DNA of 64,000 bases from a virus: the IMG/VR virus record IMGVR_UViG_3300034066_002191; one strand, written 5' to 3'. This document shows, piece by piece, positions 1-10,401 of this stretch. Positions within the stretch are counted from its first letter, which is position 1. Every line of letters begins with the position of its first letter. The notes beneath the pieces were generated by a model, which was not told the DNA's origin, did not search any database, and saw only the letters and a program-made list of their open reading frames with translations. A program made the translations under genes and the position numbers.

Positions 1-455
1 TTCAATACTGACTTTAAAATTGTGTTTACAGAATCTGATATTCTTCCTTCATACGCACCAACAACATAATAATCAGTAATAAATTTTTTTAAAAACTCTG
101 TTGTGCACAAATTAAAAGATAAAATTTCTTTTTTTGTATCAAACAATACTGGATTTCCTCTGAAAATTCTCAGTGCAGTAGCATCAGTATTAAAATTTAA
201 CTTATTACCATTCTCATCTGAAAATGACAAATAGACCTTTTCTGTTCCTTGTATGTCAGTATCATCCAATTCAGTAGCAGAAGTATTGCTATTGTTATTT
301 CTGTATCCAGTGTCAACGAATTCTATCTTCGAGGATATTGAAGTTTCTAAAATGCTTTCATAATATGTAAATTTGGTCAATCCTGTATCAAAATAAGTTT
401 GGGTTCCATTCTTTATGGATTCTATGACAAATTGAGTAGGATTTATTTTCTGCAT
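1..455 (-). CDS. Putative baseplate hub protein (gp27-like), 3' end outside the window
   Basis: ATG at 455 opens a frame (MQKINPTQFVIESIK...YYESILETSIS...VVGAYEGRISDSVNTIL) that runs off the window edge; the YYES..D-T-G pattern and position after the large hub genes fit cyanophage hub proteins. Confidence 0.5.
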   Translation of the reverse strand, partial: MQKINPTQFVIESIKNGTQTYFDTGLTKFTYYESILETSISSKIEFVDTGYRNNNSNTSATELDDTDIQGTEKVYLSFSDENGNKLNFNTDATALRIFRGNPVLFDTKKEILSFNLCTTEFLKKFITDYYVVGAYEGRISDSVNTILKSVL

Positions 456-478
456 TGGTTTTTAATCTTATGTATTAT

Positions 479-3400
479 TTACGCTGTTGGAGTCATGGCA
501 AGTATTAATGTATTTGTTATTACATCTGGATTTGATGCTGCACTATCTTTTGCTATGTCTGGTCTAGATAATGGCATTGGAGCAAACTGTGCCTTTGCGA
601 TTGATTGAGACTGTGTTGGGGGCTTAATATTTGATTGCGTTCTAAATATGTCCCACCAAGGTTTTTCTTCTTTTGAGTTTAGCTTCGGTTTATTTTTATT
701 CTTTTCTTCTAATAATTTTTGATTGAATTCTGCATTTGTTATTTTATTCCCTACTAAATTTGTCCAACTACCGTCAGCACTTTGTGTCCATGGCATTCCT
801 CCAATTGTAGCAGTTCTTCGCTTTGGTGGTTGATTTGGTGATGGAGTCTGTGGTGGTGGTTGATTTGGAAGCGGCGTATTTTTTCCTTTTGTATCGTAGG
901 CACCTCTAGTGAATCCCACATGCAAATGATCATAATGATTCCCATCATATTGTCCACGAGTAACTGATGGCTGCCCAGCAAACCAATATCCATAATGATC
1001 ATATATTAGAGCTTTAATTCCATATGAATTTCTGTTATTATATAAATGAACAAACAAACTAGTAAGTCTTGCAATTTCTCCTTTATTTTGTGGTGGTTGT
1101 CCTCTATGATCTGTAACATCAAATGCATTTGTAGCATGATCGGCACTGGCATGACCACCAACACGAGAATTACCTTTTGGATTAAAACCTCCAGGATTCG
1201 GTTCAAATTTTGGCCAGGCATTATTAGTAAAATATTTATTTTCTCCAACGGTAAATCCTTGTTGTAGAATCCATTTTCCTACTTGTATTAAATTCCCACC
1301 AGCAGCAGCAACAGTTCCAGTGACTATGCCCCTGTTTATTTCGGCTGGTCTCAATTGACCAGCTTTAAATTTTCCAATAGTTGCTCCCCTAGGCTCAAAT
1401 CCAAATGCATGTCCCGCTCTTCTTACTTCAGTTTCGTCAGCCAAATGATCATTTTTATCTTCAAATGATATAGATCTAAAATTATCTCTTGGTCCAACAA
1501 AATCTCTGGCGGATCTTTGTCTTGTTGTATCTAATAATGCTGCCGCAGCTGCTTCTAATTGGGCTTGATTTCTTCCTTGACTTTGTACATACTCAATTGC
1601 ACTTTGTTTATTTGTTATTTTTGACCATGCTGCGACTCCTCCCTTTTCTCTAACAGGTTGGAATTGTGTCGGATTTAAAATTGTATTTCTAATACTTCCT
1701 CCAGTTTTCCAAGGATCTCCCGGCATCGCAACTCTATTATAAATTGCTTGGGCAACATCTGCGTATCCTTGTGGACTTATTCCTTCAAATAATGCTGCGG
1801 TTGCGAGCAACCAAAAATCTGGACTATCACTACTAACTATTATGTCTCCAGCTTCTCCGAGACTTGGTGATATTCTTCCTTCAGGCTCTTCTCCTTTTAA
1901 ACCCATCTCTCTTCTAAGACTCTGGAATATTTCATTTGTTCTAGAGTTCAAGGCATTCTGGAAGGAGCGAGATATTGCCGCACCTAGTTGTTCTCCGATT
2001 GATGGCCCAGTTCTCAAAGTTCTTGATGCTGGTATAACTCCACCTTCTGCTGCAGCGACAATCGATCTCTGAATTTGATTAACTTCTTTTGATGATTGTG
2101 CAGCTATTGCATTATCGATTAATGTGGCAAAGTTATTTTTAATTTCTAGTCCAAGTAAAGGATCTGGTTTTTGTCCTAAAGGTAAATTTGATGTCGCAAC
2201 CATGATTCCACCAAAAAGTGGATCACGATTTTTATTCATGATTTCTGAAATATTTTTTAATGCCCTTAATGGGTTTTTCTTTCCTGGTTTTTTTGGCGAT
2301 GCAAATACTTTTTTAATTTGCTTCAATCCACCAACATTTTGTCCTGGCTGTGGAGCTTGTCTTCTTGATCTTTGTAATCTCTTTGTTCTTCTAGGTGTTG
2401 TCCTAGAAATAGTTCTACGAATTGGTCTTCCGCCTCTTGTTATCGCACCGCCAGCTGCTTTTTTCTGTACCTTTTCTCCCTGACCTTGCATTGATGTCGT
2501 GGCATCAAATAACGATCTACCAACAATGTCACCAAGTAAACCACCCCAAATAGGTCCACCAAAAGGAATCAATGCAGGAAAACTACCTAATGCTGCACCA
2601 ACTGCTGCACCAACTGCACCAGCAGCAGCTCGATCTGGTCTCTCTTTGAATATCAAGGTACTAATTAAAAAGTCAGCGATCGGACCAATTATAGGAACCT
2701 TTCCTAATATCTTTGCTCCTCCTTTTCCTAATAGTTTTAATGATGCACGCTGCTGTACATTACCTAAACCTCGTGCTCCTATATTGCCTGCCGTTCTCCC
2801 TTTCCCAGCAAGTCCACCAGTGGGAATTGTCCTCTGAGAAAATCTTTGCCTGACAGCACCTAAAGCTTGAGCTGGAGTTGATCCACGATTAATTTTATCT
2901 TGATATAATCGTGCCGCATCAAAGCCATACTTTTTGGTAATTGCCTCTTGTGCACGAGTTTGATTAAAATATTGTGACAATCTAGTGGGAGATTGTCCTC
3001 GTGGACCTACCCCAGGTCTAGGACTAATTCTTGTTGGTAATTTTTTTCCGCCACCGCCAATAGTGCCGGAACCAGCAATTGCAAGTCCAACAATAATAGC
3101 AGTATTTAAAAATTTGTTTAATGTGGAAGATAATTCATCAAACTGTTTTTCAAATTTTTCTCCGCCAACTTGCTTTGCGAGTGCTCTTACTTTGTCATAT
3201 TGTTCATATCCAAGATCAATTGCATCAACAAAATTTTTAAATACAGAACCAACAAAGTTTTCAGTAAATTTTATAAATGGATCTATGAACTTTAATGTAC
3301 TTAGTATTTTAGGGAGAAACTTTACCAACTTAGTAAAGGCAAATCCCATAAAAGTATAAAGAATGAAGTTACGGATTGCATCCAAAAATCCAGTTTTAGG

Positions 3401-3685
3401 CAATGCCCCTTGTAAATATTTTAATGGATTAATAAGTTTTGGTGTTTCTGCTTGTTTTTCTTGTTGTTGCCTCGTTCGTGTGATTCCTTGTCTTCTTTGT
3501 TGTTCCGTTTGTTGTCTCTGTAAAGAAGCATTAGATTTAACTAAAGTTTCAATTTTCCTTAAACTTTCATATATCGATTTTAATACACCAAGTGCAGTAT
3601 TTCCAGAAGAAACAGGAGAGTTCAGTGTTACTCTTCTTGTTCTCGGTATTAATGGAGTAGTAGGTGTTGCAGTTGGTGTTGCCAT
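479..3685 (-). CDS. Large baseplate hub/tail-associated protein with SleB-like hydrolase and C-terminal M15-like peptidase motifs
   Basis: 1068 aa; FEG..QGYADVAQAIYNR (Hydrolase_2/SleB-like); H-x6-D and HYDHLHV Zn-peptidase-like motifs; downstream of gp26/gp51. Confidence 0.6.
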   Translation of the reverse strand: MATPTATPTTPLIPRTRRVTLNSPVSSGNTALGVLKSIYESLRKIETLVKSNASLQRQQTEQQRRQGITRTRQQQEKQAETPKLINPLKYLQGALPKTGFLDAIRNFILYTFMGFAFTKLVKFLPKILSTLKFIDPFIKFTENFVGSVFKNFVDAIDLGYEQYDKVRALAKQVGGEKFEKQFDELSSTLNKFLNTAIIVGLAIAGSGTIGGGGKKLPTRISPRPGVGPRGQSPTRLSQYFNQTRAQEAITKKYGFDAARLYQDKINRGSTPAQALGAVRQRFSQRTIPTGGLAGKGRTAGNIGARGLGNVQQRASLKLLGKGGAKILGKVPIIGPIADFLISTLIFKERPDRAAAGAVGAAVGAALGSFPALIPFGGPIWGGLLGDIVGRSLFDATTSMQGQGEKVQKKAAGGAITRGGRPIRRTISRTTPRRTKRLQRSRRQAPQPGQNVGGLKQIKKVFASPKKPGKKNPLRALKNISEIMNKNRDPLFGGIMVATSNLPLGQKPDPLLGLEIKNNFATLIDNAIAAQSSKEVNQIQRSIVAAAEGGVIPASRTLRTGPSIGEQLGAAISRSFQNALNSRTNEIFQSLRREMGLKGEEPEGRISPSLGEAGDIIVSSDSPDFWLLATAALFEGISPQGYADVAQAIYNRVAMPGDPWKTGGSIRNTILNPTQFQPVREKGGVAAWSKITNKQSAIEYVQSQGRNQAQLEAAAAALLDTTRQRSARDFVGPRDNFRSISFEDKNDHLADETEVRRAGHAFGFEPRGATIGKFKAGQLRPAEINRGIVTGTVAAAGGNLIQVGKWILQQGFTVGENKYFTNNAWPKFEPNPGGFNPKGNSRVGGHASADHATNAFDVTDHRGQPPQNKGEIARLTSLFVHLYNNRNSYGIKALIYDHYGYWFAGQPSVTRGQYDGNHYDHLHVGFTRGAYDTKGKNTPLPNQPPPQTPSPNQPPKRRTATIGGMPWTQSADGSWTNLVGNKITNAEFNQKLLEEKNKNKPKLNSKEEKPWWDIFRTQSNIKPPTQSQSIAKAQFAPMPLSRPDIAKDSAASNPDVITNTLILAMTPTA

Positions 3686-3686
3686 A

Positions 3687-6116
3687 TTATGCTAACCCAT
3701 ATGCTCTAAGATTATCTTCACGATCTCCTAATGGAGATTTAGTGGAGAAAGTTGGAACCTGCGTTCCTCCGGTTGAAGTGGGAGGTGTAGATCTTGCAGC
3801 CGCAACTGGAATTTCTGTAAATGTAACTGTTCCTTGTCTTGCAACTCTTGGTCCTGGTTGTTTGATATCTGGAGAAGTAGGAACAAACATTGCATCAGAT
3901 TTTTTGATTCCAGTAAACTGCAATAAACTATCTATAGATCTCTCAAAAAAACTTTTTGGTTTTTGTTTTGGTTTTGGTGGAGCTGGTGGCGCTTGAAATT
4001 GGACTGGAATTGGAGCAGGTTTATTTCCATAGTTTCCTTGATTTACAAAGAAATTTGCTTGTGGATTTCTTAATACATCTCCCTCTTCAGGCTTCATATA
4101 TTTTTGTTGACTTACTCCATAAAATGCAGTTCTTGTCCCAATAAATCTCTGTGCCTGTTGCTGTAATTTGACATTCTTCAGTGCTTTTTCTGTATCTGAT
4201 ATTTCCTTGAGAGCCGACTGCATATTCCAACCATATTTTTTCCCTTTTGTGGAATTCATAACAGCAATGGCAGCTGATTTTCTATCATTAATATTTGACC
4301 AATCTTTCATGTTGTCAAAAATTGGTTGGTATTGCTTCGGTGCAAGAATAATATCTTTGATTGAATTTTTAGATTGATTGAAATTTGCCCCATATTTGTT
4401 GGATGCCTGAAGTCGATTATAAATTGACTGAGCCACATCAGCTCTTCCTTGTGGGGTCGTATCTTCTAATGCTGAAATTGCAAGGAGCGAGTTATAATCT
4501 GCTGCACTCAATTTTGGTCCTACTACTCCACCATCTTTTGCTAATTGAATGTTGTTTACAAATTTTGGTTTTCTTCCGGACACAAATTGATACAAATTCA
4601 ATCCTGTTTGGCTTTCTACTTTCTTTGCGTCTTCAGGAGTCAATACAATTTCTCCTGGTCTTGCTGCAACTAATTGTGTATCAGGTCCAGCACCAGTAAT
4701 ATTCAATCCAGAATCACGAGTAATTTGCTGACTTCCATCAGTTGCTATCTGTTCTATTCCCATAGAACTTGATTGATTTTTAGGTATCATTCCACCACTT
4801 CTAAATGCATAAGATGATGGAAGTGGTTGAGGTTTTGTTCTTTGATTTTCTTGTTTCTTTGGTTCTTCTGGCTTTAACTTTCTTGTCTGATCTGGCCCTT
4901 CTTTTTGTTTCAATAGTTGATATCCACCATACGCTGCAGCAACTGCAGCACCAGTATATAAAGAACGAACTCCAAATGTTTTCAATAGTTTTAATATACC
5001 AGGTATTCCAATTGCACGAATATATTTGGTAAGATTGATTGCTAGACCGACTGTAGATCTTATAAACTTACCAAATCTTGTCCCAAATAATATAAAAGTC
5101 CCGAGTATTGCTGGCCACCAATCTTTAAAGAATCGTTTTAAGGATTCAATTTTTTCTTTATTCTTTGGATCCGAAATCCATTTCACTAGTTCAGTGAAAG
5201 CCTTTCCTAGTAGAGTATAAAATATAAAATCAAAAATACGATCCAATATACCTTTTACTGGAGATATAACCTTTTCAAATGCGGCATAAGTTTTTTTTGC
5301 AGAAGATTCTAGAGCACTTTCTGCTTCTTGTCTCTTTTTTTGTTCTTCTGTAATTCTTGTGGTTCTTTGTGTTCTTATTGTAGTTGCTCTTTGGGAAGAA
5401 AGAGAAGCTAATATATTGTCTACTGATTTTTGTATCTTTAATAGTATTTGTATGACTGGGGCATCTCCTCCACCTGAGAGGGCACTAGAAGCTCCTGTAG
5501 GACCTATTGGAGGCTGATTTCCACCACCAGTAACGGCACGAGATCTTTGTGTTATTGCTCTGCCAATGTTTACATTACGAGTTCTGAATCTAGGCTGAGA
5601 TGGTTGAACAAACCTTCTTGCTGATCTTGGGGTTGGCTGTCTTCTTTGTGGTTGTCTTCCTGCTCTTTGTATTTCTCCTAAAAGTTCTTCGATTTTGTCC
5701 TTAGTTTCCTCATCTTCATCGTCCTGGTTATCTTGTTTTTGTTGGGCAGGAGGAGTTGGTGTAGTTCTTCTAGGAGGAGTTGGTTTTTTATTTGGTGCTT
5801 TTGGTGGTCTTTTTGATGCTGTTGGTTTTTTATTTTTCTTCTGTTCTTTTTGATATGCTTCTACTTGTTTTAATACTTTATCATGGACTTTACCAAAGTC
5901 CCCTTCCAAAGAATCTTCTTCAAATTCGTCATATTCATTTTCTGATATGGGAAACTCATCTCCTGGATTTGTTTCCACATACCATTTTACAACATAATAA
6001 TATAGTTCAGGATCTGCAGTCTCATTGATTCCTAAGTTTTTGGCAAAAATTATGGCATAGTTTTTTGACCTATTTCTAGGAAATTTAATAGTATCAATAG
6101 ACCATTTCTTTGCCAT
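3687..6116 (-). CDS. Large baseplate hub/tail-associated protein with SleB-like cell-wall hydrolase domain
   Basis: 809 aa; LED..QGRADVAQSIYNR...PKQYQP; paralogous architecture to 479..3685. Confidence 0.6.
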   Translation of the reverse strand: MAKKWSIDTIKFPRNRSKNYAIIFAKNLGINETADPELYYYVVKWYVETNPGDEFPISENEYDEFEEDSLEGDFGKVHDKVLKQVEAYQKEQKKNKKPTASKRPPKAPNKKPTPPRRTTPTPPAQQKQDNQDDEDEETKDKIEELLGEIQRAGRQPQRRQPTPRSARRFVQPSQPRFRTRNVNIGRAITQRSRAVTGGGNQPPIGPTGASSALSGGGDAPVIQILLKIQKSVDNILASLSSQRATTIRTQRTTRITEEQKKRQEAESALESSAKKTYAAFEKVISPVKGILDRIFDFIFYTLLGKAFTELVKWISDPKNKEKIESLKRFFKDWWPAILGTFILFGTRFGKFIRSTVGLAINLTKYIRAIGIPGILKLLKTFGVRSLYTGAAVAAAYGGYQLLKQKEGPDQTRKLKPEEPKKQENQRTKPQPLPSSYAFRSGGMIPKNQSSSMGIEQIATDGSQQITRDSGLNITGAGPDTQLVAARPGEIVLTPEDAKKVESQTGLNLYQFVSGRKPKFVNNIQLAKDGGVVGPKLSAADYNSLLAISALEDTTPQGRADVAQSIYNRLQASNKYGANFNQSKNSIKDIILAPKQYQPIFDNMKDWSNINDRKSAAIAVMNSTKGKKYGWNMQSALKEISDTEKALKNVKLQQQAQRFIGTRTAFYGVSQQKYMKPEEGDVLRNPQANFFVNQGNYGNKPAPIPVQFQAPPAPPKPKQKPKSFFERSIDSLLQFTGIKKSDAMFVPTSPDIKQPGPRVARQGTVTFTEIPVAAARSTPPTSTGGTQVPTFSTKSPLGDREDNLRAYGLA

Positions 6117-6121
6117 TTACT

Positions 6122-6298
6122 TTATAGGGATGCCTTTTTTAATTTTGCCTCTTCTTCCTCTAAATGTTGATTTAATAATGCCACATAGATGTCCCTTTCC
6201 CATGGCATTAAATTTTCAATCTCAGTCAAAGAATATTTATGATACTGCATCATCGAGAAATTTAACTTGAAATAGTTTTCAAGGTCCATATGGGACAT
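6122..6298 (-). CDS. gp51: Baseplate hub assembly catalyst gp51 (58 aa, missed by ORF track)
   Basis: MSHMDLENYFKLNFSMMQYHKYSLTEIENLMPWERDIYV..., typical T4-like gp51 signature, directly after gp26. Confidence 0.85.
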   Translation of the reverse strand: MSHMDLENYFKLNFSMMQYHKYSLTEIENLMPWERDIYVALLNQHLEEEEAKLKKASL

Positions 6299-6300
6299 TC

Positions 6301-7020
6301 CTATGAGAAAAAACTTGATAACCCTTCAAGAACAACTTCAGATTCGACTTTTGTATTTGGATTTTTTACTTTTACCGTATGGGATAATTTCGGCATAGTC
6401 TCAAAGAATTTTTCGATTTCTTTGAATTGTGTAGAATTCATCTGATCCAAAAATTCTGTAATTTCTTTTCTAGTCACATCAGAAGATGTCCAGACTTCTT
6501 CTTCCGTATAAATTTTATCGACGCAATCAGCAATCATTTCAAATGACTGTTCTGTTGCATTTTGATCAGAAAAATCAAAGTTGTTTTTGATGAACTGCTC
6601 CAGAGATGGATACTTCATTTCCATCATAATTGAATCATCAACTTTAATTTTGTTTGTATGGTCTTTATTTTTTTGGACTTGGATATCATCAATATTAATT
6701 TTTACTGGAACTGTAGTTTCTCCATCATCAGGACAAATGATGGAAAGCTCTACTTCTTCGCCAACTGATTTAGCACGAATATTCAAGAACAAATATTCGA
6801 TATCAAAAGTAGGAAGGGATTCTACTTTAATACCTTTTGTCTCGATGCAATTTTTAATTACAGTTTTGATTGCTGTAGTAATTTGTTTTGTATCTTCTGA
6901 TTCCAATGCAAGTAAAAGAAGTTTTTCTTCTTTTACGAGAAATGGTCTATATTTAATTGTTTGTCCGGTTGATGGCAAATCCAGATCAAAAACTGGTGCA
7001 ACAATCTTAGGTAAAGGCAT
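6301..7020 (-). CDS. gp26: Baseplate hub subunit gp26
   Basis: MPLPKI..P...LPSTG..IKYRPFLVKEEK...RAKSVGE...LEGLSSFF. Confidence 0.9.
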   Translation of the reverse strand: MPLPKIVAPVFDLDLPSTGQTIKYRPFLVKEEKLLLLALESEDTKQITTAIKTVIKNCIETKGIKVESLPTFDIEYLFLNIRAKSVGEEVELSIICPDDGETTVPVKINIDDIQVQKNKDHTNKIKVDDSIMMEMKYPSLEQFIKNNFDFSDQNATEQSFEMIADCVDKIYTEEEVWTSSDVTRKEITEFLDQMNSTQFKEIEKFFETMPKLSHTVKVKNPNTKVESEVVLEGLSSFFS

Positions 7021-7057
7021 ATTATATGAATAATATTAAATTCGTTTGATTATTTAT

Positions 7058-7849
7058 TTACCTTCGGTTTAACCCATTGAAGAATTCTTGGTCAGTACCA
7101 AAGGCTGGGCCAAATTTTGGTGTTTGTTGTGTTGGATTTGGCGCGACAATTTGATCAATTTTACTAGAACTAACAATATAACGAGTATAAGCAAACGATA
7201 CAGTACACTTCAATACCTGCGATGCCTCATAAGAAACCGGCATGGACATAATAGACATGGGATATGCATCAATAAAAACATAACTTAAATTTTTACTTCT
7301 ATTAATAGAATTTGGTTGTCCCTGTAACCCACCATAATCTCTTTCGAATTTCGTAAGACTTATGTTTGTTCTATATTGTGATCTGTCACCACCATCATTT
7401 CCATCTGGATAATTAATTCTATAAGAATATCTTTTACTTTCTAATCCTAAATTGTCGATATCTACATACTGTTCATCAACAATATATTGCATCCAAAACT
7501 CAAAAAATTTAATTACCTCATAATTGCTATCAACATAAAAAGTAAAATCGGCACGATCATCATACACTCTCCTATACGGAATCTTTTCTGTAACTCCAGT
7601 ATAATCCGTTACATCATGAGTATACAAAGTTGACCCAGGAAGAGTAGCATCACAACACGACAAATTAATTAACTCTTGATCAAAAGTAGCATCCGGACTT
7701 TGACTGAATGCTGTTCTTTTATCTGAGTACCATTTTGACAGACTTGGTGGAATATTTACTTGAAATTGGAAATGTGAAGTCAAAGCTGGGCGTAAAAGCT
7801 TTGACTTTATATCGTCTAGTTTATATGGCCTTGGTCCTACGATTGCCAT
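7058..7849 (-). CDS. Tail tube initiator / gp19-gp54-like protein
   Basis: DATLPG, FTFYVD, FFEFWM, DAYPMSI..MPVSY, CTVSFAY tube-fold motifs. Confidence 0.7.
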   Translation of the reverse strand: MAIVGPRPYKLDDIKSKLLRPALTSHFQFQVNIPPSLSKWYSDKRTAFSQSPDATFDQELINLSCCDATLPGSTLYTHDVTDYTGVTEKIPYRRVYDDRADFTFYVDSNYEVIKFFEFWMQYIVDEQYVDIDNLGLESKRYSYRINYPDGNDGGDRSQYRTNISLTKFERDYGGLQGQPNSINRSKNLSYVFIDAYPMSIMSMPVSYEASQVLKCTVSFAYTRYIVSSSKIDQIVAPNPTQQTPKFGPAFGTDQEFFNGLNRR

Positions 7850-7884
7850 CTAAATATTTTTAACCTTTATATATTATTTAGAAG

Positions 7885-8331
7885 TTGGCAAAGAATTATA
7901 TACAAGGATTCTATTCACCATCAAATCCAGAAAAGTATGCTGGAGATCCCAGAAACATAGTATATCGATCGTCTTATGAACTAAGAGCATTCAAATGGTG
8001 TGACTTATCTGAGAGCATTATTTCTTGGGGATCCGAAGAAGGTTGGATCCCATATAGAAATCCAGCCACAGGAAAAACACATCGATATTTTCCGGATCTT
8101 TTTATTAAAATTAAAGAGTCAAATGGAGAGATCAAAAAGTATCTAATAGAAATAAAACCCAAACGACAAACAATTCAACCAAACCCAACTCCAAAAAAGA
8201 AAACTAAAACCTGGCTGAATGAGATGAAAACATATCAAGTCAATCAGGCAAAATGGGAAGCAGCAGAAAGATTCTGTCAAGAAAATGGAATTATATTCAA
8301 GATAATTACAGAAAAAGAACTTGGAATCTAA
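7885..8331 (+). CDS. gp4: Head completion nuclease gp4
   Basis: NPEKYAGD..NIVYRSS.E, WGSEE, HRYFPD, IEIKP, NQAKW. Confidence 0.9.
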   Translation: MAKNYIQGFYSPSNPEKYAGDPRNIVYRSSYELRAFKWCDLSESIISWGSEEGWIPYRNPATGKTHRYFPDLFIKIKESNGEIKKYLIEIKPKRQTIQPNPTPKKKTKTWLNEMKTYQVNQAKWEAAERFCQENGIIFKIITEKELGI

Positions 8332-8334
8332 GAA

Positions 8335-8943
8335 ATGTTCAGACCACTAAACAATCAAGCTCGTAGACTTTGGGCCATATTTGGAACAGTCAGAAAATGG
8401 TTTTCGGAATTAACTAAATCCACTGAAAGAAAACTTCAAAGACAAGAAGAAGAATTAAATTTCGAAGAAGGAAAGCTCAGAAAGGAAGGAGCAAGAGTTT
8501 ATGTTTACGGTGAACTAGATAAAAAAAGAAAACAATTAGAACAACAAAAAGAAGAGTTCTACAGCTTCAAAAATTTAATCGACAATCTTCCAAAAAATAG
8601 ATCTCCTAATTTTTACTTTGATGCTTTAGTTGATATTCTTGCGAGAATGGGAAGAACAGAAGAATCGGTAGAGATTGGGAAAATTTATACATTTAAGTAT
8701 ATTGCGATCACTGAGGGGAAGTGGTACGATGTCCATCCAGTAAGTTTAATAGTCAAAAAAGGGAAAGGATACTATCAAGGAGTTAATTATCATTGGGAAA
8801 GAAGACCAGAATATATTGAAAGTCCTATCAGAACTTATAATTATGCCAGAATCCAGTCAATGTTTTATAGAATTAAACCACAAGAATTGGAGTATGTTCT
8901 GAGAGTTCCTTCTTTTTATCCTGTCTTTATTTCAAGGCGATAA
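8335..8943 (+). CDS. gp2-like DNA end-protector family protein
   Basis: C-terminal YTFKY.A....WYDVHP...GVNYHW; adjacent to gp4. Confidence 0.5.
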   Translation: MFRPLNNQARRLWAIFGTVRKWFSELTKSTERKLQRQEEELNFEEGKLRKEGARVYVYGELDKKRKQLEQQKEEFYSFKNLIDNLPKNRSPNFYFDALVDILARMGRTEESVEIGKIYTFKYIAITEGKWYDVHPVSLIVKKGKGYYQGVNYHWERRPEYIESPIRTYNYARIQSMFYRIKPQELEYVLRVPSFYPVFISRR

Positions 8944-9023
8944 ATAAATATAAAACTAATATAAATGTCTCATACTCTACGAAAAATTGAGATAACATTG
9001 TCCCTTATGTGGAGGGATTTCTG

Positions 9024-10400
9024 ATGGCAACTCCGGCAAACAATGTCACTATTTGGTCCCCTAAAACTGGAAGCATTTTAAATGGACCGATTAAAATTTC
9101 TACTCCACCATCAAATACCAAAAAAGACAATATACAAAAAGATTGGTCCAAATTAAATACAAATAGTGCAAATAGTGCAGTAAGAAATTTAGAGTATAGA
9201 ATAAATGACAAAAATGCAGTAGAATTTAGATATCCTACAACTTCTGACCCAAATGGACCCAAAACAACAGCAAATAGCATACAAGAAATAGCAGATGATA
9301 GATTGTATGTCGCAAATTATGGGTATACAGGAACAACCACAACTTTAATAAAAGACGCACTACAAAGACAATTAACCGCCGAAGCAGAATCAATCGAATG
9401 GTTTCCTCCGCCTCCTCCCGCACCTATTCCTTCTGGCGGAGGAGGTGCGGGAGGAGACGATGACGAGCAACAAACAAATCTTTCAGAGGCAATAGAAAAT
9501 CTAGGAAGAATAAATGATGTAGAAGCAAAAGAATTTGGGGAATTGAGATACCCAATAGGATCAGCTACAAATGGACAAGACTATATTCAATTTACTGTAT
9601 TTGAATATTTGCCACAAGAACGATCAGAAAGCAATTTAACATATAATGAAAAAAATACATTTAGTGGAAAAGAAAAGGGATTGGGAAGAATATTTCTACC
9701 AATACAACCAACTATTATGGATACAAATACAGTAAGTTGGGGAGAAGATAAGTTTGGAATTTTAGAAATGATAGGTGCCAATCTTTCTTTGGGAGCAATG
9801 ACTGGAGATAGTGCAGATGAACTAGCCACAAAATTTACAGAAACAGTCACTACCTCTGGAAATAAAATAGATCCAAAAATAGTCAGTGCAGTCCAAACAT
9901 ATCTGGCTAAAATGGCAGTAAGTTCAAACAACAACTTACTTTCTAGATTGACTGGAGCAGTAACAAATCCAAATTTAACTCTATTATTCAATTCACCTGA
10001 ACTAAGAAATTTTAATTTTAATTTTAAATTGACTCCAAGAACACAAAGTGAAGGAACAATAGTAAGAAAAATAATAAGAGTTTTTAAACAATATATGGCA
10101 GTACAAAGAAGTGCTGGCAACTTATTTTTAGAAGCTCCATGTATATTCAAGATAAGGTATATCAGGGGAGTCGATAGATTCAATAAAGAAAGAGATTTAG
10201 ATCACCCGGCATTAAATAGAATTAAAACTTGTGCACTCAGAAGCTTTAGTGCAAATTATACTCCCGCTGGCTCTTATGCGACATATAATGATCCAGCAGG
10301 AACAATGAGTTCTTATGATTTAACAATGTCATTTACTGAATTAGATCCTGTATATTGGGATGATTATAATGGAATACCAGTCGATCAAATAGGTTACTAA
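9024..10400 (+). CDS. gp48: Baseplate tail-tube cap gp48
   Basis: LRYP, IFLPI, NPNLTLLFNSPELRNFNFNFKLTPR, MSFTELDPVY; ATG 9024 has GGAGG upstream. Confidence 0.85.
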   Translation: MATPANNVTIWSPKTGSILNGPIKISTPPSNTKKDNIQKDWSKLNTNSANSAVRNLEYRINDKNAVEFRYPTTSDPNGPKTTANSIQEIADDRLYVANYGYTGTTTTLIKDALQRQLTAEAESIEWFPPPPPAPIPSGGGGAGGDDDEQQTNLSEAIENLGRINDVEAKEFGELRYPIGSATNGQDYIQFTVFEYLPQERSESNLTYNEKNTFSGKEKGLGRIFLPIQPTIMDTNTVSWGEDKFGILEMIGANLSLGAMTGDSADELATKFTETVTTSGNKIDPKIVSAVQTYLAKMAVSSNNNLLSRLTGAVTNPNLTLLFNSPELRNFNFNFKLTPRTQSEGTIVRKIIRVFKQYMAVQRSAGNLFLEAPCIFKIRYIRGVDRFNKERDLDHPALNRIKTCALRSFSANYTPAGSYATYNDPAGTMSSYDLTMSFTELDPVYWDDYNGIPVDQIGY

Positions 10401-10401
10401 A

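Noticed and set aside
399-6028. Many plus-strand 60-125 aa ORFs opposite the large hub genes
   Set aside because: Antisense shadow frames with no motifs or expression signals
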